Source: an uncultured Verrucomicrobiales bacterium (GTDB lineage Bacteria > Verrucomicrobiota > Verrucomicrobiia > Verrucomicrobiales > DEV007). From it: 64,000 nt of DNA. A program made the position numbers and the translations under genes. The notes under the pieces are model-generated. The model did no database searches, was not told the DNA's origin, and worked only from the letters and a program-made list of their open reading frames with translations. Of the stretch, positions 31,001 through 38,843 are shown piece after piece (within the stretch, counting starts at the first letter, position 1; each line of letters begins with the position of its first letter). The stretch lies in contig CALKOM010000006.1 of assembly GCA_938091905.1 (NCBI GenBank), positions 32,001 to 96,000 of the forward strand, in the 5' to 3' direction.

Positions 31001-31254
31001 GGGCCTTCGAAATTGATGGAAACACCGATAGCTATTGGGCTTTTGAAACCACGAGCAACGCTGTCGCAGAAACATTTGTTTACGAAATGGAAGTTTCCCC
31101 GGATCTCAAGGTTTGGGAGTCGTCTAATGCTACTTTTGAGCAAGTCAGTTCTCCCCAAGCTCCTGCAGAGAGACTGACTTGGCGGAGTAAAGCACCGATT
31201 CAAGAATTGGACGGCACGGTTTTATTCGTTCGTCTGCGTGTGACGCGGCAGTAG
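28066..31254 (+). CDS. Secreted lamin-tail-domain / FN3-associated / CotH-like protein
   Basis: Signal peptide; LTD motifs (VTITE..A.N, WIEVYN; LVISEIHYRP, EFIELYN); DTKFSLDRGFYD; divergent CotH core (FVHVYING.Y.GQYHLRER). Confidence 0.85.
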   Translation: MKRRFLFPLLLLAALGLVGSASAEVTITELAAVNLDGPEDKDEDFSPWIEVYNDSEEETNLKGWYLTNDPENPTKWEIPNLKVPASGYSLIYMSGKDYGSLFSQEVHASFKLSTGTDYLALVQADGQTIGQAYEDIPKQRAGFSYGLDENGEYTFFQIETPLAANRTPVAGFVSDTKFSLDRGFYDEPIQVEITTDTPDAIIYYSTNGREPSKGSLFSGPIEHIYEGPITIDQTTVLRAAAFKKGLGQSNVDTQTYLFTSDVAEQPDMDMSYVSDWASQMDAALKAVPTISIAIDDDEHLIKRGQGQTRFEGTTLNDYESKVSVEWLNSDGAEGFQTDAGVSRFGGYYTDHGKYSYRFQFRKEYGTAKLKYPVFRNHENGRAPAEEFDSLNLRSGSHDMQARGAYMSNRFVDDSMLEMGGIAPHGRFVHVYINGSYNGQYHLRERWNAAMHASYFGGDESDYDAINRNDNFQQDAKAFDGNQDYWKEVEQLAREPSPWEALQGNVDIKDFYEFMMVWSSGNSESEMQAVGSKALGVPFTFYMKDADGWLIKSSHRGGRGRFTTRGPGAFNTELLAERHPDHQMFLADLVHKHFTNGGAMTPEQTIPRLQRRVDEIETSFIAESARWRKYKPHAWYKYQQDIMDRHFSTLADNMLDMFKGINVYPDDIQAPKPNRRGGRIEPGFAFKMAAGSLFSPERGEFWYTLDGSDPRLPGGVRSDTAIQYDREGPGLELNETVTVKARTFKSSLFSNGIWSPLMETTFHIGKKPEAGDLVISEIHYRPASPNDEEIAAGFTKRSVFEFIELYNRTDTVVSLLDIALTNGVRFEFADAEVMDLAPGKAAVVVANREAFEHRYGTGLPVAGEFAGFKLSDSGERLRLSLLDGQVLQDMRYNDKEPWPEEPDGTGPSLTLKDPRVMDGYSPADWYASETAGGSPGTLESSDPDDVDQDGDGLTALIEEALGSSDTDAASGPANMAIEHRAFEIDGNTDSYWAFETTSNAVAETFVYEMEVSPDLKVWESSNATFEQVSSPQAPAERLTWRSKAPIQELDGTVLFVRLRVTRQ

Positions 31255-31266
31255 GCTGTTTACGAA

Positions 31267-32388
31267 GTGTACATCTCGATTGAGGAGTTCGACCGTGTTT
31301 GCAAGCAAGTCGTCTCTCTCGACGACTATCCTTGTGCGGTAGCGATCGAGCACAACGTTGTCATTTACTCTGGCGATCAACTTCGCGAGAGGATGGGGGA
31401 CGGCGCGAGCGAGATCAAAGCCGAGTTCGCTGCCTGTCTCAAAGATGGTCCTGGTGTCTTTGCGATTAGCGGCGCCTATGCGGACACTTCTGTCATTGCT
31501 AAAACTACGGACTTGTTTCTGAGTATCATTGGCGATGAGCGAGCCGCTGGTGTCGGCAAGGGTGATCATTTCGGCGCCAACGAACGCATTTGGAATTCAA
31601 AACAGAAAGCCTGTGAACGTGATCCTGAACTGTTCATCGATTACTACAGCAACCCGTTGCTAGCGCTTGCTTGTCAGGCCTGGCTTGGGCCGTTCTATCA
31701 AGTGACGGCGCAAGTCAACAATGTGAAACCGGGGAGCCAAGCGCAGTCGGTTCATCGAGATTACCATTTGGGTTTTCAAAGTGCGGACGATGTCGGGAGA
31801 TTCCCTGCGCATGCACAGGTCATGTCCCAGTATCTCACCCTCCAAGGCGCCATTGCCCATGGCGACATGCCCCTTGAGTCAGGCCCAACGCATCTCCTGC
31901 CATTTTCACAACGATACGAGCCTGGTTACTTAGCTTATCGTCGTCCTGAATTTGCGGCTTACTTTGACCGGCACAAAGTTCAGGTGCCGCTTAAGAATGG
32001 AGATATGCTCTTCTTCAATCCGGCGTTGTTCCACGGTGCTGGCACCAATGCTGGAGATTGTGACCGCCTGGCAAACTTGCTCCAGATTTCTTCCGCGTTC
32101 GGTCGCTCCATGGAATCACTTGATACGCATGCGATGATCTCTGCGGTCTATTCTACGCTGAAGGACCGTCAGGCAGAGGGCACGGTGACACCAGACGACG
32201 TTGATAATATCATCGCCGCAGTTGCCGACGGATATGCCTTTCCGACCAACCTCGATTCCGATCCTCCTATCGGTGGCAATGCGCCAGAAACAGATCAGCA
32301 ACTGATGCGGCAAGCGCTCGGTGCCGAGTGGTCGCTAGATCGGCTCATGGATGCCTTGGCCGCGCGTGCTGAGCGGCGGCGGCCATAG
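31267..32388 (+). CDS. Phytanoyl-CoA dioxygenase (PhyH) family Fe(II)/2-oxoglutarate oxygenase
   Basis: HxD in AQSVHRDYH, SGPTHLLPFS, distal His in GDMLFFNPALFHGAG. Confidence 0.88.
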   Translation: MYISIEEFDRVCKQVVSLDDYPCAVAIEHNVVIYSGDQLRERMGDGASEIKAEFAACLKDGPGVFAISGAYADTSVIAKTTDLFLSIIGDERAAGVGKGDHFGANERIWNSKQKACERDPELFIDYYSNPLLALACQAWLGPFYQVTAQVNNVKPGSQAQSVHRDYHLGFQSADDVGRFPAHAQVMSQYLTLQGAIAHGDMPLESGPTHLLPFSQRYEPGYLAYRRPEFAAYFDRHKVQVPLKNGDMLFFNPALFHGAGTNAGDCDRLANLLQISSAFGRSMESLDTHAMISAVYSTLKDRQAEGTVTPDDVDNIIAAVADGYAFPTNLDSDPPIGGNAPETDQQLMRQALGAEWSLDRLMDALAARAERRRP

Positions 32389-32418
32389 GTGGAAAGGCTA
32401 TGAAATAGGGCTAGATTT

Positions 32419-32537
32419 GGAGTGCTGTGACCTGGCACAGCTTTGGATTATCTGCGGCAGTTGACGCAGCAAACGCCTCCAACTTCCATCGTAATACTCC
32501 CGCCCCAATCCAAAGGGCTGCCAGATGAGCGCACTCC
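32419..32537. repeat. Degenerate REP/REPIN-like inverted repeat pair
   Basis: GGAGTGC...CTTTGGATT (32419-32449) and AATCCAAAG...GCACTCC (32507-32537) have complementary ends; the left copy has an internal palindrome GCTGTG-N6-CACAGC. Confidence 0.55.
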
Positions 32538-32662
32538 GTGAGCTCATCGAACAACGAGCTAGCGTTCATCTCGAGTGCGCCTATTTCCGTGCCATTCGGT
32601 CATAAGCGCGATGTTCCAGCGGTCAGTCTAGACCATGGGCCATCTGGGGCTAAGGTGTAGTG

Positions 32663-35356
32663 ATGAACCTTTGTCGTCTCGCCTCTCTGCTCTTGCTGAT
32701 AAGCTTGAGTTGCCTTCAAGGACAAGACGCCGTCGGAACGATTGCCCCTGTAGAGTTTTCTTTGCGCGATCAGACGTTCGCGGAGTCGATGGTGTTAGAG
32801 TTGAGCTGTAGCACAGAGGGGGCAGTGATCCGATATTCTACGGATGGAAATCCGCTGACCTTGTTCAACTCAGCTGTGTATACGAAGCCACTCACCATCA
32901 ATGGGACTACTTGGATTCGTGCGCAGGCATCCGTTTCCAAAGAGTCTAGCGTGATCACGAGTGGTCATTACATTCATTTGGCGGAGGATGTGAGGGACTT
33001 CGAATCGCCATTGCCAATTCTGGTGCTGGAGAACTTTGGTCAAGGTCGCGTTCCTTCCAAGGATTGGAATCAAACCGGTGCGGGTGTTCAGCAAGTGGCG
33101 AGACAGCGTGCCCAATGGTTTCTCTTTGATCGCGATGATGAAGATGGCATCAGTCGGTTGCAACGCGAGCCTAACCAATCCGCGAGACTCGGGGTGCGAG
33201 TGCGGGGGGCCTTCTCGTCTTCCTTTCCCCGAAAGCCATTCTCTGTCGAAGCGTGGGACGAAGAGGATCAGGAAACAGCGATCAAGCCTCTTGGAATGCC
33301 AAAGGAATCGGATTGGGTCCTCTATCCGCCGAATGCCGTGCAGGATCGGACGCTACTCTACAACACATGGTTGTATGACTTAAGTCGTTCGATTGGTGGC
33401 AATGCGATGCGTTTCCGGTTTACCGAAGCCTTTGTCCATACAGATGGCGGGTCCTTGTCGATGGATGACCATGCGGGAGTGTATGTCATCCTGGAGAAAG
33501 TGAAACGCGACGGCAACCGTCTCGATTTCCCCCAACTCTCTGAGGACGGTAAGGAGGGAGGGTGGCTTCTGAGCATCAATCGCATGGATCCGATCCCGGT
33601 TGGCGGCTATCCGACAGCCAATGGAGCCACGGAGCCGCAGTTCTTTCATACGGCTGGACCAAACCGGAATTTGCAAACCTCACCCAATCAAGCGGGACGC
33701 GGTGATGATATTCCTCGTCAGGGAAACGCTTTTATCAATTTCGAATCGCCTAACGGGTATGCGATCAATGAGGCGCAGCGTGATGCGATCGAGGGTTGGT
33801 TTGAGACGTTTGAAGACGTGCTCTACAGCAATCATTTCCGCGATCCCGTGAATGGCTATCGGCGCTATTTGAATGTCGATAGCTTTGTCGACTACTTCAT
33901 TCTGCACGACATCACGCGGAACACCGATGGTCTTCTCATTAGCATGTGGGTTTACAAGGAAGGTCCTGAGGCCAAACTCAAAATGGGGCCGGTATGGGAT
34001 TACGATCTGGCCTACAAAAGCACGGCAACTTCTAGCCTAGCAATAAATCGTGATCGCCTCTGGTATGCGCGTCTCTGGCAAGATCCAGATTTCGAGCAAC
34101 GCTATAGCGATCGCTGGCAGGAGTTGCGGGCTGGGCCCCTGTCGGACGAAGCGATTCATGCTCGAATTGATAGTCAGGCAGCTGAGATCACCGAGGAGGT
34201 GGCCAGTAGGCATGGCGTTAGCAGTTGGGGATCGCGCCTCACGATTTGGAAGAATTGGATCACTGATAGAGCGGCGGCGATTGACAAGAAATTTGAACCT
34301 CGGCCCAAGATTGTTCAGCCGAGTGGTAAGATTCACATCGGTGCTCGGGTATCCCTCAAAGCGGGCACCATTTTCTCTGCGCGTGATATTTATGTTACTA
34401 CGGATGGTACAGATCCGAGAGCGCCGGGCGGAGCTGTGGCGGATCAAGCGTCCTTGCTGGATTCTAGCGTTTCGCTTGAGAAGTCGACCCAGATACGCGG
34501 CCGCGTCTTGCATAAGGACACCTGGAGCGGGCTTGTCGAGGCGTGGTATTTCGTTGAAGAGGAACCTGTATCGATAGTGAATCTTGGAATCTCCAAGATT
34601 CACTATCATCCTTCGGACCCCACGGCTGAAGAGATTGCTGCAGGATTTGACAACGACGATGACTTTGAGTTTCTCGAATTTAGGAACCTCTCGGAGCAGA
34701 CGTTGCATCTTGGAGGAGCACAGTTCTCGGACGGTATCGACTTCACCTTTGGTGCCGAGACGATTTCTCCGCAGGATAGGGTGCTGCTTGTTCGGAATAG
34801 GGAGGCTTTTGAGCGGCGCTATGGAAATGCGCTTCCCGTGGTGGGGGAGTACGAGGGGAGCCTTCGGAACTCTGGGGAATCTTTACGATTGTTAGATTTC
34901 GGCGGGAATTTGATTGAAGAGATTGAATTCAATGATCGTGGTTCCTGGCCAAGGTCTGCTGATGGGGACGGTCCCAGCCTCGTGCGGATGGAGTCCTCAT
35001 CGAATGGCCCGTTCGCATGGCGTCCAAGTGTTTCTGATCAAGGGGCTCCTGGCATAGATGATCAGCTTAAATTCGACGGTGTTTCCAATCTGATTGAGTT
35101 CGCTTTGGGATCTCGAACTCCGGTGAACGTCTCCCGAGAGGAAGACACCGACCGTGCTGTCTTCTCTTATCAACGCAATCTAGCAGCCCACTCGGCTATC
35201 TTCGTAGAGACGTCTTCAGATCTCTTGGACTGGACAGTTTTAGATGCAGTCCAAATTGACCGCCAGTATCTAACGCTGGGAACTGCTGAAGAGCGGTTGT
35301 CTGTGCCAAAGGAACATGCTGGCGCCTTCTATCGTCTTCGTATTGAGTCCCCCTAG
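32663..35356 (+). CDS. Secreted CotH kinase + lamin tail domain protein
   Basis: RVRGAFSS..PRK, ESDWVL, GVYVILEKVKR, RNTDG, GPVWDYDLA; LTD motifs ISKIHYHP and FEFLEFRN. Confidence 0.88.
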   Translation: MNLCRLASLLLLISLSCLQGQDAVGTIAPVEFSLRDQTFAESMVLELSCSTEGAVIRYSTDGNPLTLFNSAVYTKPLTINGTTWIRAQASVSKESSVITSGHYIHLAEDVRDFESPLPILVLENFGQGRVPSKDWNQTGAGVQQVARQRAQWFLFDRDDEDGISRLQREPNQSARLGVRVRGAFSSSFPRKPFSVEAWDEEDQETAIKPLGMPKESDWVLYPPNAVQDRTLLYNTWLYDLSRSIGGNAMRFRFTEAFVHTDGGSLSMDDHAGVYVILEKVKRDGNRLDFPQLSEDGKEGGWLLSINRMDPIPVGGYPTANGATEPQFFHTAGPNRNLQTSPNQAGRGDDIPRQGNAFINFESPNGYAINEAQRDAIEGWFETFEDVLYSNHFRDPVNGYRRYLNVDSFVDYFILHDITRNTDGLLISMWVYKEGPEAKLKMGPVWDYDLAYKSTATSSLAINRDRLWYARLWQDPDFEQRYSDRWQELRAGPLSDEAIHARIDSQAAEITEEVASRHGVSSWGSRLTIWKNWITDRAAAIDKKFEPRPKIVQPSGKIHIGARVSLKAGTIFSARDIYVTTDGTDPRAPGGAVADQASLLDSSVSLEKSTQIRGRVLHKDTWSGLVEAWYFVEEEPVSIVNLGISKIHYHPSDPTAEEIAAGFDNDDDFEFLEFRNLSEQTLHLGGAQFSDGIDFTFGAETISPQDRVLLVRNREAFERRYGNALPVVGEYEGSLRNSGESLRLLDFGGNLIEEIEFNDRGSWPRSADGDGPSLVRMESSSNGPFAWRPSVSDQGAPGIDDQLKFDGVSNLIEFALGSRTPVNVSREEDTDRAVFSYQRNLAAHSAIFVETSSDLLDWTVLDAVQIDRQYLTLGTAEERLSVPKEHAGAFYRLRIESP

Positions 35357-35372
35357 CCCAACTCCCTGCACC

Positions 35373-38300
35373 ATGCGTCTTGCTTCTCTTCCTCATTGCT
35401 TAGTGATTGTTATGTTTCTTTCCGAAGTGTCTGCGGAGGTGATCATCTCAGAGTTCTTAGCTCGAAATGAGACTGGCCTGAAGGATGAGGATGGCCAATT
35501 GGCTGACTGGATTGAAATTGAGAATACCGGATCCGAGGCGGTCAGTCTTGAAGGATGGACCCTCACAGATAACCTGAATCGCCCGCGCAAATGGGATTTC
35601 CCGGCCGTGAGTCTGCCTGCAGGCGAGCGCCGAACGATTTTTGCCACGCGGAAAGATCGGAGTGGGCCGGAGGGTGAATGGCACACGAACTTCCGGCTAT
35701 CGGCTCCAGGAGAAACGCTGGCCATCTTTATGCCTGATGGAGAAACCGCCGCCGATCAGATCGAAGCCGCGCCGCAGTTTGATGATATCAGTTTTGGGCG
35801 AGACGGCGTGACTGGGCACGTTGGCTATTTGGATAGGGTGACACCAGATGAAACGAACGGAAGTCTGGTCTATTCGGGTCCTGTGATCTCAGACGTCTCC
35901 TACGCGCCGGTTCCGTTGATGCCGGGTGACGATGTGGTGATCACGGCACGTGTGACGGCGCGGGAATCGGATATTCAAGAGGTGAAACTGCTATCAGTGG
36001 TTGCTTTTGGCTCGGTCGGCAATGGCATCACGATACGTGATGACGGCGAAGGCGATGATGCCGAAGCTGGAGATGGACTTTACACGGGCGTCATTTCTGG
36101 AAGAACGCTCTTTGGGCCGAAGGTCAAGGCGGGTGAAATGGTGCGCTGGGCAGTGACAGCGACAGATGCGAATAACGGTAGTTCGCGGCTGCCGACCTTT
36201 CTCGATCAGGAGGGTGTCGAGCAATCGCCAGAGTTCTTTGGTACGGTCGCTGCGGCGACGATCGATACGGAGCTGCCGGTATTTGAGTGGTACACGGGCG
36301 ACGAACGCAACTCAGGCACTCGAACTGGGGCACGGGCCTCGGTGAGCTACAATGGGAATTTCTATGACAACATCTTTGTGAGAGCCCGGGGCGGAGCTAC
36401 CAATGGGCAGTCGCAGAAATTTAACTTCAACAACGCTTTTCCGTGCTTCGTCGATGAAGATCTTCCCGCCGTGGGGGAGTTGAACCTCAATGCCCAGGGA
36501 GGAGATTCCACGCATTTAAGGCAACCGCTAGCTTTTGAGAGCTATACCTGGATTGGCAATGCAGCTTGCAAGTCATTCCTCACAGTGATGCGGTTGAATG
36601 GGAAAGAGGACCGCACGGGCGTTCTGATTGAGCAAGTCGATGAAGATTTCCTCGAACGTCATGGTTTCGATCCGCTAGGCGATCTCTACAAGATGGTGCA
36701 GAGATCGAACTTGGATCCTGTCTTTGCTGATACGACCACGGGTATTGAGAAGAAGACGGGCGATCTGTCCGACCTAAGTACGTTCGCATCACTTGTTGAG
36801 GGGCTCGATAAGGAAGACCAAGAGTTGAAGGCCTACATGTTTGATTCACTGAATTTGCCTCAAGTGTTCAATTACCTTGCTATGCGCTCCATTACGCAAG
36901 ATGCGGACGATGTGAGGAAGAATTTCTACGTCTACAATGATGTCTTAGATACTGGAGAATGGTCCATCTTTCCTTGGGACAAAGACTGGACTTTCGGCAT
37001 CACGGGAGATGGAGGCCAGCATTTGAAGCACCCTTTCTTTGCTGATCAAGCGCATCGCAAGGACAATGCCAACCAGTGGAACAAGCTCTATGAAGCCATC
37101 TTCAACGATGCGACGACTCGGCAAATGTATTTGAGGCGTCTGCGCTCGGCGATGGATGCGACTCTCCAGCCTAGCGACACCCCAGAAGCGGAACTGCGCT
37201 TTGAGAGTCGTGTCGATGAACTCTTTGCCCAAGCGGAGGGCGATGTGCCGAGTAGTGGGCCAAGAACGGTGAAGCGCTTCTTTCCAGAGCGTCGTGGCGA
37301 TCTCTACGAAACGTATTCTGGACTGATTCCGAGTGCCCAAGAGGCGATGCCGGCGATCCAGATTGGTGACGTCGAGTTCCAGCCTGCTTCAGGGAGGCAA
37401 GACGAGGAATTTATTCAGTTGGTTAATAAGGCCCGAACCGCAGTGGATGTGTCAGGGTGGGAATTGGATGGAGCGGTGAAATTCACGTTTGCTGAGGGAA
37501 CTGTCTTGGCAGCTCGCAGCTTGTTTGATCCGAGCATCTCGACGTCGCTCTACGTTTCCCCAAATGTGAATGCCTTTCGTGCGCGTTCGGAAAGTCCCAC
37601 AGGAGGCGAGGCCCACTTTGTCCAGGGGCCGTATCGCGGTCATCTCTCCAATCGCGGCGAGACCATTGTCTTAAAGGATAGCGAGGGGAACATCATCGCA
37701 GAGAAGACTTATGAAGGAAATCCTACGGATGTGGAGCGTTACCTTCTTCTGTCAGAAATCATGTACCAGCCTGCAGATCCTAACGGTGAGGCGGAGTTCA
37801 TCGAACTCTACAATGCAAGCGATTCGGTGGAACTCGATCTCACGGGGTTGCGGTTCACGGATGGAATCGACTTCGCCTTTATGGAGGGAACGACGCTTGC
37901 GCCCAATGGGTACTTACTGATTGTCAGGAACCGAGCAGCTTTTGAAAGCGTCTATGGGGGCACGGTGCCGATCGCCGGGGAGTTTGCCAATCAATCACGT
38001 CTCAACAACGCCGGCGAGCGGATCAAATTGGATAACGCCCTCAATAGTACGATCTTTGAAGTACGCTACAACGATAAGGAGCCATGGCCGACCGAGGCGG
38101 CTGGTATGGGATTGTCTCTCACTCTCGTGGAACCCGTCGCGGGCAGCGACTTCGAAGAAGTCGAGTCATGGCGGGCCAGCGCAGGCACTCCCGGGCAGCC
38201 TGCGGGCCCAGGTGGTGGCAATGATCTCCAAGATGTCGACAATGACGGAATAGTAGCTCTGCTAGAAGAGGCTTTCGGAACGAGCGACAATGATCCTGGC

Positions 38301-38549
38301 GCAGGGGCAGGTGCCGTTCGTGTCACTATTGAAAGCGACCGCCTGGTGGTGCGCGCCTCATTGGGGAACAGTGAGGGCATTGACCTGGCCTTGCAGACGT
38401 CTTCGGAGCTGACGGGTTGGGAAGACGGTGGCGATCGCTTTGCTCGGAGCGATGCGAACGGCTTGGCCATATGGACGAGCACGGTTGCGATTGGTGAAGC
38501 GGCGTTCCAAGCCATTCGTCTCGCGGCCACTCGACTTTTGGCTCCGTAA
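35373..38549 (+). CDS. Secreted multi-LTD + CotH kinase protein
   Basis: VIISEFLARN..DWIEIEN; DDG..DD.EAGDGLYT; RARGGAT, KNFYVY, PWDKDWTFG; two further LTDs; ATG 35373. Confidence 0.88.
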   Translation: MRLASLPHCLVIVMFLSEVSAEVIISEFLARNETGLKDEDGQLADWIEIENTGSEAVSLEGWTLTDNLNRPRKWDFPAVSLPAGERRTIFATRKDRSGPEGEWHTNFRLSAPGETLAIFMPDGETAADQIEAAPQFDDISFGRDGVTGHVGYLDRVTPDETNGSLVYSGPVISDVSYAPVPLMPGDDVVITARVTARESDIQEVKLLSVVAFGSVGNGITIRDDGEGDDAEAGDGLYTGVISGRTLFGPKVKAGEMVRWAVTATDANNGSSRLPTFLDQEGVEQSPEFFGTVAAATIDTELPVFEWYTGDERNSGTRTGARASVSYNGNFYDNIFVRARGGATNGQSQKFNFNNAFPCFVDEDLPAVGELNLNAQGGDSTHLRQPLAFESYTWIGNAACKSFLTVMRLNGKEDRTGVLIEQVDEDFLERHGFDPLGDLYKMVQRSNLDPVFADTTTGIEKKTGDLSDLSTFASLVEGLDKEDQELKAYMFDSLNLPQVFNYLAMRSITQDADDVRKNFYVYNDVLDTGEWSIFPWDKDWTFGITGDGGQHLKHPFFADQAHRKDNANQWNKLYEAIFNDATTRQMYLRRLRSAMDATLQPSDTPEAELRFESRVDELFAQAEGDVPSSGPRTVKRFFPERRGDLYETYSGLIPSAQEAMPAIQIGDVEFQPASGRQDEEFIQLVNKARTAVDVSGWELDGAVKFTFAEGTVLAARSLFDPSISTSLYVSPNVNAFRARSESPTGGEAHFVQGPYRGHLSNRGETIVLKDSEGNIIAEKTYEGNPTDVERYLLLSEIMYQPADPNGEAEFIELYNASDSVELDLTGLRFTDGIDFAFMEGTTLAPNGYLLIVRNRAAFESVYGGTVPIAGEFANQSRLNNAGERIKLDNALNSTIFEVRYNDKEPWPTEAAGMGLSLTLVEPVAGSDFEEVESWRASAGTPGQPAGPGGGNDLQDVDNDGIVALLEEAFGTSDNDPGAGAGAVRVTIESDRLVVRASLGNSEGIDLALQTSSELTGWEDGGDRFARSDANGLAIWTSTVAIGEAAFQAIRLAATRLLAP

Positions 38550-38611
38550 AACGATGTTCAAGAGGCTTCGTGGTTATTCTGGTGGACGATTCTTCTCTAG
38601 ACCAGGATCAG

Positions 38612-38774
38612 GAAGTTATTGAGGTCTTATTCCAGCCTTAAGACCAACGATAGAACCGTTAGCACGGTTGAAACGCGATGGCGTGATCGTTGTTCCAACG
38701 TTGCCCCTGACGGAACGGCAAAACCTATGATGGAATTGTTTAGTTAACTTCGCGCAACGCGGTCCTGTAACTTC
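38612..38774. ncRNA. Candidate structured intergenic RNA, family not recognised
   Basis: Several perfect stems including a three-way junction, inside a GAAGTTA/TAACTTC closing stem. Confidence 0.3.
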
Positions 38775-38777
38775 GAC

Positions 38778-38814
38778 AAAGAGAAAGGGGCACTCTCTGC
38801 AGAGAATGCCCCTT
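38778..38814 (-). terminator. Intrinsic terminator of the large LamG gene
   Basis: AAGGGGCA-C-TCTCT-GC-AGAGA-A-TGCCCCTT hairpin followed on the - strand by TCTCTTT, about 30 nt after the stop. Confidence 0.7.
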
Positions 38815-38843
38815 GTAGTCGATTGATTTGTACTGAACCGATC

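Noticed and set aside
38700..38725. CTGACGG and GAAAC as a hammerhead ribozyme core
   Set aside because: The CUGANGA consensus is not met, and I could not assemble the three stems around the core.
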